From assembly GCA_965224245.1 (NCBI GenBank), contig OZ245046.1:5920001-5984000 (forward strand): DNA of 64,000 nt, read 5' to 3'. Below the pieces are notes generated by a model. That model had not been told where the DNA came from. It ran no database searches and saw only the letters and a list, made by a program, of their open reading frames with translations. A program made the position numbers and the translations under genes. The DNA comes from Candidatus Eiseniibacteriota bacterium (GTDB lineage Bacteria > Eisenbacteria > RBG-16-71-46 > CAZAMP01). Below, one piece after another: positions 30,383-38,151 of the stretch. Position 1 is the stretch's first letter, and each line of letters opens with the position of its first letter.

Positions 30383-32043
30383 GTCGTTCCTCGGTCCGGG
30401 GGCGCGGACGGGCGACCATCGCTGCCCCCCGCGCGATCCGGGTCCTCCGATGCCGGGTCCTCGTCGGCCGTCCTGAGGGTGTTCAGGTCGGCGGGCTCCA
30501 CCATGATCGTCTTCTCCTGACGGTGCGCGGCCAGACCCGGCGCCGACTTCCGTGGCTTCCAGACGTACTTCTTCAGCGTGTAGACGACCGGCACCGATCC
30601 CGAGTGCCGGGCCTTGCTGAAGGCCGCCGCCAGCGCGGCGGCCTCTTCCAGCGTGCGCCGACTGGGGTTGTCCTTCTTGCCCTCACGCCGGAGGATCACG
30701 TGCGAGCCCGCCACTCCCTGTGCATGCAGCCAGATGTCGTCGGGCTTGGCGAAGCGGTGCGTCAGCCAGTCGTTCTCGGCGTTCGTCCGACCGACGAGTA
30801 TCGTCCATCCGTCGCTCGAACGGTAGCGTCTCGGGTGGAAACCACGCTCGCCCGGCCGGGCGGGTCGGTCGCGGGTCCCTCTGGCGCGGCCGGGCCTGGA
30901 GACGACGCGGTAGCGCTCGAGGCGCTCGCCCAGACCGGACAGCTCGTCGTCCGACCAGGCCTCCCGGGGACGGTCCAGCCGCAGGTCGATCCACTCGAGG
31001 TCGTGCCCCAGGCGCTCGGCGCGTGCGCGCACGAGATCGACCGCTCGCTTGCCGCGCTCGGCGCGCTTGATGTAGGCCGCGCCGTTCTCGATGGCGCTGA
31101 TCTTCGGATCGACCGGAATCTCGAGCGGATCGCCGTCGGGATCGAAGACGTCCGGCACGGTCACCCGCCTCGCGCCGCGTGGCACGAGATCGGGCCGGGC
31201 CATGAGCGCGCTCCCGAAGCGCTCCCAGGTCGGCCAGGCATCCGCGCGTTCCTGATCGGCGCGACACGCGTCGAGCGCCCGGGCGATGCGCTTGTGCAGG
31301 GCTCTCAGACGCTCGGAGAAGGCCCGTGCCTCGGCCGCCAGGCGAGCCTCGCGTCTGGCCAGCACGTAGGCGTGCCGTGCGGCCTCGTCGACCGTGGCCA
31401 CCCGCATCACGCTCTCGTGCGGCGGCAGCGGACCCGGGGTCACCACCAACCGGTCCACGATGCGGACGACGTGCACGCCGTCCGACGTGATGCGCGTCCG
31501 GGCCAGCTCGAGCGCGTCGTCCCAGCGGGTCGCATCCGAGAGGAGGCTGTCGGCGAGGCGACGCTCCACGCCGGGCCAGCGCACGCCGGTGGGGGCGTCG
31601 GGCGGCGCATAGGTCGACCCGGGCTCCAGTCGCTCCCGTCGCCGAGCGCCGTTCCGGTGGGCGTGGAGGATGGTGTCCCGGGGCGAGAGCCACGCGATGG
31701 CCGGTCGTGCCCCCATCAGCTCGACCACGAGCCGGTGAGACCCGGTACCCAGCTCGAGGATGCGTTCTCCGGGGAGCACCGTGAAGGACGTCAGCCGTCG
31801 TCCGATCAGGGCACCGGAGATCGCCGATGGGAACCCGCCGCCCTCACGCGGCGTCCGATCGTCCACGAAGATCGCCGGATCGGGACGGTCGAGCGTGATC
31901 GAGAGCCAGGGTCCGGGGCCGTTCTCGCGTGCGACCGCGATCGCGACCTGCCACGGGCCACCGGCGACCACCGACACGATGGGTCGTCCGACCCAGTCCG
32001 GCGCGACCTCCCGGGCCCAGAGGGCGAGCATGAGTGCATCCAT
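30379..32043 (-). CDS. rqcH: NFACT family ribosome quality control protein (RqcH/FbpA-like)
   Basis: ERILEL..LVVELMG N-terminal domain; C-terminal GRTNAENDWLT, WLHAQGVAGSHV, AAAFSKA, VYT..KYV.KP. Start set at ATG 32043. Confidence 0.8.
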   Translation of the reverse strand: MDALMLALWAREVAPDWVGRPIVSVVAGGPWQVAIAVARENGPGPWLSITLDRPDPAIFVDDRTPREGGGFPSAISGALIGRRLTSFTVLPGERILELGTGSHRLVVELMGARPAIAWLSPRDTILHAHRNGARRRERLEPGSTYAPPDAPTGVRWPGVERRLADSLLSDATRWDDALELARTRITSDGVHVVRIVDRLVVTPGPLPPHESVMRVATVDEAARHAYVLARREARLAAEARAFSERLRALHKRIARALDACRADQERADAWPTWERFGSALMARPDLVPRGARRVTVPDVFDPDGDPLEIPVDPKISAIENGAAYIKRAERGKRAVDLVRARAERLGHDLEWIDLRLDRPREAWSDDELSGLGERLERYRVVSRPGRARGTRDRPARPGERGFHPRRYRSSDGWTILVGRTNAENDWLTHRFAKPDDIWLHAQGVAGSHVILRREGKKDNPSRRTLEEAAALAAAFSKARHSGSVPVVYTLKKYVWKPRKSAPGLAAHRQEKTIMVEPADLNTLRTADEDPASEDPDRAGGSDGRPSAPPDRGTT

Positions 32044-32242
32044 GGCGCGCGAGGGTACACCGCGCCTGCCGTCGGCGTCAGCCTCGAACGCCGGCCGGAC
32101 GTCTCCGCGGCGAAGGCCGGTGCGGGCGCCGCGGGATCGTGTCCCGCTCCGGTGGACTCGGCGGTGCCCGGCAGTGCGCGGTGTAGTATCGTGATCGGCT
32201 CGCTCACGCACGTCACAGTCTGCTCACGCGGGATGGAATGCC

Positions 32243-35032
32243 GTGAAGACCTCAGTCCGCCATGTCGCCACGCGCGCGCACACGTCCGCGCGCCGGGCCG
32301 TTGCGCCCGTGTTCGCCGCCCTCTCGCTCGTGCTCGCCTGCGCTCCGGCCGAGGAGCCGGTCGCCGTCGAACTGCCCGATGAGGACTTCGTCGCCGAGAC
32401 CACGCTCGAGAACGGGCTCCGGGTTCTCGTGGCCGAGGTGCCCGGAAGCGGGATGTTCGCGTCCAACGTGTTCATCCGCGCCGGCGCGATGCGCGAGACG
32501 CCGGAGCTGAGCGGGGCCGCGCACTTCCTCGAGCACCTTCTCTTCAATGGCACGACCTCGCGCACGCAGGAGGAGCTCTACGACGACGTGGATCGGATCG
32601 GCGGCTACAACAACGCGTCCACCCGGCCGGACTACGCGGTGTTCATGTTCGTGGCCGGCACCGATGTGATCGCCGACGCGCTCGACATCCAGTCCGACAT
32701 GCTCTTCCGATCGACGCTGCCGCCCGCGAAGTTCGAGAAGGAGCGCGGCATCGTGCTGGAGGAGATCGCGAAGGACCGCTCGAATCCCTCGTACGCGGCC
32801 TCCCTGGTGACCGACGAGATCCTGTACGCGGGCACGCCGTACGCCCGTCCCGTGCTCGGGACAGAGGCGTCCATCAAGGGGCTCTCGTACGACGGAGTCG
32901 AGGCGTACTACCACCGGTACTACGTGCCGTCGAACATGACGCTCCTCTTGATGGGCGATCTCCCTCGCGAGGAGCTCCTGGCCCAGGCGCGGACGACGTT
33001 CGGGGCGGTCGAGGCCGACGCGCATCCGGAGGCCCCCCAGCCCCTGCCGCCGCTGGCGGAGACCCGGATCGTGGCCCGCAAGGTGGACGACACCACGAAC
33101 CGGGTCACGGTGCGCCTTCCGGCGCCCGGCCCGGGGGACGACGCGTTCGCCGCGGTGGAGCTCCTGACCGACATCGTCGCGTCCGGCGACGGCTCACGGA
33201 TCCGTCGGGCCATGGACGCCGACCCCGCAGTCGGCGTGCAGGGTGTGGGAGGCGGTCTCGTCCACGTGGGCGGTCGGACGTTTCTGGACGTCTCGATCGA
33301 GCTGAGCGATCCCGGGATGATCGAGCCCGCGGTCGCGCGCGTGCTCGGCGAGCTCCATCGCGTTCGCGACGGCGGGGTGACCGCGGCCGAGCTGGCGGCG
33401 GCCAAGGTGTCGCGTCGCACCGAAGAGGCGTCGCTCCGCGAGCAGATCCACTACTACGGGTTCATGCGCGGCGACCTCGTGCGCACGGCGCCCGAGGGCT
33501 ATCTGAACTCGCAGCGGAGCCGCTACGCCGCGCTGACCACGGCCGACGTGGCCGGGGCCGCGCGCGCGTGGCTGGCCGCGCCGGTGGTGGAGGTCGTGGC
33601 CACCGGACCGGAGGTGGCCGAACGCGACGAGGCCGTCACCGCCGAGGCGCTGGGCTTCGCCACGCCGCCGGTGACGATCGAGATCTCCGACGGCGAGGTG
33701 GCCGCTGCCCCGCGCGTGCCTCCGCGCGCGAGCGAGGCGTCGGGGCCGACGATGACGACGCTCGAGGGCGGGCTTCGCCTGGTGACGGTGTCGAATCCGG
33801 CGTCGGACGTCCTGGCCGTGCACGTGATGGCGCTCGGTCGGTCCTACCTCGAGCCCGAGGGAAAGGACGGCATCACCGACTTTCTGCACCGCCTCCTGAC
33901 CCGCGGCGCGGGTGAGCTCTCGAAGCACGAGCTGGCCACGCGCCTCGACGCGATCGGGGCCACGATCAAGACGCACGACGCGGGCTTCATCCCGTACGAC
34001 GACTACTACACGACGCCCGAGTTCTCCTACGTGCGCATGGGCGCGCTGGACGAGTTCCACGAGGAGGCGTTCGCCCTGCTCGGCGACATGATCGCCCGGC
34101 CGCGGCTCACGGCCGACGAGATCGAGCAGGCCCGGTCCGAGCTCCTGGCGCAGGCGGAGAAGGACGCGCGCTCCCCGAACACGATCGCGTCCCGGGCGTT
34201 TCGCCGGGCGCTGTGGGGCGATGACGATCGCGGGGCCCGGCCGATCGGGGGCACCGCCGAGACGATCGCGTCGATCACCCGCGAGGATCTCGTGGCCCAT
34301 CACGCGCGCGTGATGGCACCGTCGAACCTCGTGGTGACCGTGGTCACCGGGATGCCGAGCGACGTCGTCGAGTCGGCCGTGTCGTCCTGGTTCGACGGGA
34401 CCGGCGGAGCCGGGGCGGGTGCTGGTGGGGCGTCGGGGGACCCCGGCACGCCGTGGTCGCGTGAGACGAGCACGCGTCCCCCGGTGGGTGGCGAGCCCAC
34501 GACGGTTCGGCTGGCCGTGGATGCCCAGCAGAGCTCGATCTACCTCGGGTACGCGATGCAGGTGGCCCCGGACGATTTCCCGGCGCTCCGCGTGGCCACG
34601 ATGCTGTTGTCGGATCGGATGGCGTTTCAGCTCCGGGAGCGCCAGGGGCTGGCCTACTCGATCGGGGCGTCCCTGACCACGTGGAAGGACCGGGGCGTCC
34701 TCACCGCGCGCATGGGCACGCGCGCCGACAACGTGGATCTCGCCCTGCGCGGGATGGCGGCCCAGCTGGATTCGCTGGCGGTGACTCCGGAGGACGACGC
34801 CAAGGTGGCGCTCGCGGTGAACGCGCGCATCGGGCGCACGCGGATGCGCGGGATCACACGGATGGGTCAGGCGTACGCGCTGGCGATGGACGTCCTGATG
34901 GATCGGGAGCTGGGCACGCGCACGGAGCGTCTGATGAGTCTGGACGAGGTGAGCGCGGACGACGTGAGGCGGGTGGCGGAGACGTACGTCGCATCGGATC
35001 GAGCCGACCGGGTCATCGTGACCCCGGAGTAG
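32243..35032 (+). CDS. M16 family zinc peptidase (pitrilysin-like), probable lipoprotein
   Basis: Inverted zinc motif HFLEH, NAST, KERGIVLEE, YYVPSN, LRERQGLAY; lipobox-like VLAC. Confidence 0.92.
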   Translation: MKTSVRHVATRAHTSARRAVAPVFAALSLVLACAPAEEPVAVELPDEDFVAETTLENGLRVLVAEVPGSGMFASNVFIRAGAMRETPELSGAAHFLEHLLFNGTTSRTQEELYDDVDRIGGYNNASTRPDYAVFMFVAGTDVIADALDIQSDMLFRSTLPPAKFEKERGIVLEEIAKDRSNPSYAASLVTDEILYAGTPYARPVLGTEASIKGLSYDGVEAYYHRYYVPSNMTLLLMGDLPREELLAQARTTFGAVEADAHPEAPQPLPPLAETRIVARKVDDTTNRVTVRLPAPGPGDDAFAAVELLTDIVASGDGSRIRRAMDADPAVGVQGVGGGLVHVGGRTFLDVSIELSDPGMIEPAVARVLGELHRVRDGGVTAAELAAAKVSRRTEEASLREQIHYYGFMRGDLVRTAPEGYLNSQRSRYAALTTADVAGAARAWLAAPVVEVVATGPEVAERDEAVTAEALGFATPPVTIEISDGEVAAAPRVPPRASEASGPTMTTLEGGLRLVTVSNPASDVLAVHVMALGRSYLEPEGKDGITDFLHRLLTRGAGELSKHELATRLDAIGATIKTHDAGFIPYDDYYTTPEFSYVRMGALDEFHEEAFALLGDMIARPRLTADEIEQARSELLAQAEKDARSPNTIASRAFRRALWGDDDRGARPIGGTAETIASITREDLVAHHARVMAPSNLVVTVVTGMPSDVVESAVSSWFDGTGGAGAGAGGASGDPGTPWSRETSTRPPVGGEPTTVRLAVDAQQSSIYLGYAMQVAPDDFPALRVATMLLSDRMAFQLRERQGLAYSIGASLTTWKDRGVLTARMGTRADNVDLALRGMAAQLDSLAVTPEDDAKVALAVNARIGRTRMRGITRMGQAYALAMDVLMDRELGTRTERLMSLDEVSADDVRRVAETYVASDRADRVIVTPE

Positions 35033-35104
35033 CAAGCGCGCGAACGGCGGTGGCGAGCGCGAGCCCGCGGCCCGCGTCGCCACCAGCCTGGATGCGCGGA
35101 ACGA

Positions 35105-35602
35105 CTATCCTTCCGCGTAAACGCCCTCCATCATCGCGACCATCTCGCGCCACATCATCTCCATCTTCGCGATCTCCGCCTGCACGGCCGGATCCTCGGA
35201 CGTCACGGCCATGATGTCGCCCATCGAGGTGTTGCCCATGTGCATGGTCCCGCCGGCGGCCATGATGTTGCGGAATGCCTGACATCGCGTGCAGAGGTGC
35301 GCGGCCGCGTCGGCGTCGGACATCTTCATCGCCTCCATGCCCGCCGCCTCCATCTCGGCGCCGACCGCGTGGTACTCCTTCACGAGGTCCGCCGAGTCGA
35401 CGGTGCAGACGACCGCCATGCCGTCGTTGAGCGTGACCACCTCCGACGAGACGTGCGGACCGAGCGTCTCCATGTGCGGGACCATGTGGCTGCACACGGC
35501 GCACTTCTGCATCTCGGCCATCATGCCTTCCATGGTCGGCCCCGCCTGTGCGGAGACCGAGACCACGAGCGCGGTCGCGAGGAGTGCAACAATCCTTTTC
35601 AT
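35105..35602 (-). CDS. Secreted Met-rich small protein with two CxxC motifs
   Basis: GGAGG RBS, signal peptide ending SAQA, 23 Met in 165 aa, CAVC and CTRC. Confidence 0.75.
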   Translation of the reverse strand: MKRIVALLATALVVSVSAQAGPTMEGMMAEMQKCAVCSHMVPHMETLGPHVSSEVVTLNDGMAVVCTVDSADLVKEYHAVGAEMEAAGMEAMKMSDADAAAHLCTRCQAFRNIMAAGGTMHMGNTSMGDIMAVTSEDPAVQAEIAKMEMMWREMVAMMEGVYAEG

Positions 35603-36064
35603 CGGCGTCCTCCGGTTGACGTCCTGAAACCGTTTGTGACCCGCCACGCTCGCCGAGCGGGTGTGTACGGTGTGCAATCGATAGCACGGGCGGGCGCGCT
35701 CGTCACACGGGAACGTCCAGTATCTCGGGAGTCGAATATGCAGAGACCTGCAGGTCGTGATCTCCTGCGCGACCGTTGAGGCGGCATCGGGCGAGTCCCG
35801 AGGCCGGCTTCTCGCCCGCCGCCGGTCATCCAGCGATCGATCTCCCCGCCCACATCCGTGAGCACCGCTGACCGTGCCAGGGAGACCACGCACGAATGAT
35901 CTTCTACTCATTTTCAGATTCATAGTATTCTAATTTCGGATGTCGACGGTAGAGGGCCGGACGATCTGGCCACGATGCCGGGACGCTCCGCGGGCGGCCG
36001 CCATCGCCTAGCCGTGGCCGACCCGAAGTCGAGCCGTTGCCATGCCTGCGGAGGGGGAGTTCGG

Positions 36065-37063
36065 ATGAAGCTGGGGATCGTCGTTGCCACGCTGATCATG
36101 ATGGGCGGCCAGCCGTGCCTGGCCGGAACCGATCGCGTTCCTGGGCGCGAGTTCACGGCGCACACCCGGTCGTACGCGGACCTCACCGAGCATCTCGACT
36201 TTCGGCTGCTCCTGGCACACTGGCGATCGGAGCTGCCCGATCGCATGGGAACCAATCGCGATGATCTCCTGCTGGCGAGTCCCTTCCTCCGATGGCGCGC
36301 ACGACAGGACCTGCTGTCCCACATCCGGCGACAGCCCGGAGCGAGCCGGGACGATGCCTGGCTGAGGCGAGCACACGAGCTCGCGGAATGGACGTTCACG
36401 GCCATCCGGATCGCATCGCGTCCGATCTACGCCGACGGCCGGACGATCGACTGGGCGGCGCGATACCCCGATGGCTGGCCCCTCGTGATCGGTCCCCAGG
36501 AAATGTACGACCTGGTCGAGATCGAGGACGTTTTCCGGAGCGCCCGGAGGGACTGGATCGAGAGGTTCGAGCACGAGGGAGAGCTCCCCGCCGGAACCGC
36601 CGATCTCGTGACCTCGGCCAGAACCGACGACGAGATCCGGCGAGGGTTCGCGGCCCTCATGGCCGCCGAGTTCACGTTCACTGCACACGTTCGATCCTAC
36701 GAAGGCCTTCGGTCCTACGTGATCGCGATCGGCGACTCCACGCTGACGAACGCGCAGCGCTGGAAGAATCGACTCGGAGCCCTCGAGCTCGCGTGGGCCG
36801 CGCACCGCTACCCGATCCGGCGCGATCGGATCGGTGAGAAGCGCATCACCGCACGCGATCTGCCCTGGATCCTCCGCGCGATCGAGCTCGTGAAGTGGAA
36901 ACGTCTCCGGATCTCCGACGATCCGGTGGATGCGGTCTGGGCGTCGACCGTGGTGCTCGGCCCTCAGGAGATCGCCGATCTCGATGAGATCGAGCGCGTG
37001 TTCACGGCCGAGGAGGAGGAGATGAAGTGCCCGGAGTCCAGCGCCAATCGACCATGCCCATGA
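36065..37063 (+). CDS. Secreted hypothetical protein A with two copies of an unrecognised repeat domain
   Basis: GGGGAG RBS before ATG 36065; signal peptide; FTAH.RSY..L / W..RA.EL..W / GPQE..DL.EIE.VF each occur twice. Confidence 0.75.
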   Translation: MKLGIVVATLIMMGGQPCLAGTDRVPGREFTAHTRSYADLTEHLDFRLLLAHWRSELPDRMGTNRDDLLLASPFLRWRARQDLLSHIRRQPGASRDDAWLRRAHELAEWTFTAIRIASRPIYADGRTIDWAARYPDGWPLVIGPQEMYDLVEIEDVFRSARRDWIERFEHEGELPAGTADLVTSARTDDEIRRGFAALMAAEFTFTAHVRSYEGLRSYVIAIGDSTLTNAQRWKNRLGALELAWAAHRYPIRRDRIGEKRITARDLPWILRAIELVKWKRLRISDDPVDAVWASTVVLGPQEIADLDEIERVFTAEEEEMKCPESSANRPCP

Positions 37064-37072
37064 TGGAGCACC

Positions 37073-38149
37073 GTGCTCGTGAAGACTGACACACCATCAC
37101 TCTCGAGGAGAAGTCGCAGGTGCGTCGCAGGGATTACGGTGATTGTCATCGGGGGGATCCTCTCGGTTCAAGCCCCGGTCTTGGGAGCCGACCTCGGCCT
37201 GTTCCCGGACGGGACCTTCACGCCACACTCCCGTCCCTATGAAGACCTTGCCCCGTTCGCGGACTATCAGCTGGCCGCGGATGCGCTGTCGTCCGCGTGG
37301 ACGCATTGCGCACTGGGTGAGCGTCTCGACGAGCTGTTCCTGACCGATCCGATCGTCTGCTGCCGCAGTCGCCGGACACTGCTGGCCATGGTGCAGCTGC
37401 CCGAGGGCTCCGAGAACCGTGACTGGATCAAGCGAGCGCACGAGCTCCTTTCGTGGATGTGCACCACGGTAGGCGTCGCGACACGGCCGCGACACGACGG
37501 AGCCAGCGCGATCGATTGGGGTCGCTTCCCCGGGGATTGGCCCGCCTCGATCGAGCCGCAGGATCTGTTCGATCTCCTGGAGATCGAGCGGGCGATGGAC
37601 GCCGCGAAGTGGGCCTGGGTCGACGAGAGCGAGGCGTCGGGGACTCTCCCGGCAGGTACGCGATACATGCTCGACACGGCCCGTGATGACGAAGAGATCC
37701 GTCGAGGGCTCGCCGTGCTTCTCGCCCGCGACTTTCGGTTCACCCCGCACACACGTCCGTATGCGGACATCGCTGACTACGTGTCGGTCGAGGGTTGCGA
37801 ATGGGACCAAACGGAAACACAACGGTGGAGCCGACGCCTCTCCGCGTTGATGCGCGCTCGAGCCGTCCCTCGCTTCCCGTTTCTTGCGCAGTTCGCGCCC
37901 GCGGCGAAGCTCCTCGCGCCGGAGGACCAGAGCTGGATGGACCGAGCAGTCGAGCTCGTCACGTGGCAGGGGATGCAACTCACAAATGATCCGGTCAGTG
38001 AGATCTGGATCGAGATGGTCACGCTGGGTCCGGGTGAGTCTCACGATCTCGATGTGATCGAACAAGTCTTCACAGCAGCTGAATCGATTCAACGCAATGC
38101 CTCGAATGGCTCTAGCCATACGAATCTCCGCTCTTCTTCTCATGACTAA
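37073..38149 (+). CDS. Secreted hypothetical protein B, paralogue of protein A
   Basis: Colinear with A (G.LPAGT, AR.D.EIRRG, FTPH.RPY, RA.EL..W); GGAG before GTG. Confidence 0.75.
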   Translation: MLVKTDTPSLSRRSRRCVAGITVIVIGGILSVQAPVLGADLGLFPDGTFTPHSRPYEDLAPFADYQLAADALSSAWTHCALGERLDELFLTDPIVCCRSRRTLLAMVQLPEGSENRDWIKRAHELLSWMCTTVGVATRPRHDGASAIDWGRFPGDWPASIEPQDLFDLLEIERAMDAAKWAWVDESEASGTLPAGTRYMLDTARDDEEIRRGLAVLLARDFRFTPHTRPYADIADYVSVEGCEWDQTETQRWSRRLSALMRARAVPRFPFLAQFAPAAKLLAPEDQSWMDRAVELVTWQGMQLTNDPVSEIWIEMVTLGPGESHDLDVIEQVFTAAESIQRNASNGSSHTNLRSSSHD

Positions 38150-38151
38150 GG

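Noticed and set aside
35390-35510. c-type cytochrome call for the Met-rich protein
   Set aside because: The motifs are CAVCSH and CTRCQ, neither of which is CxxCH.
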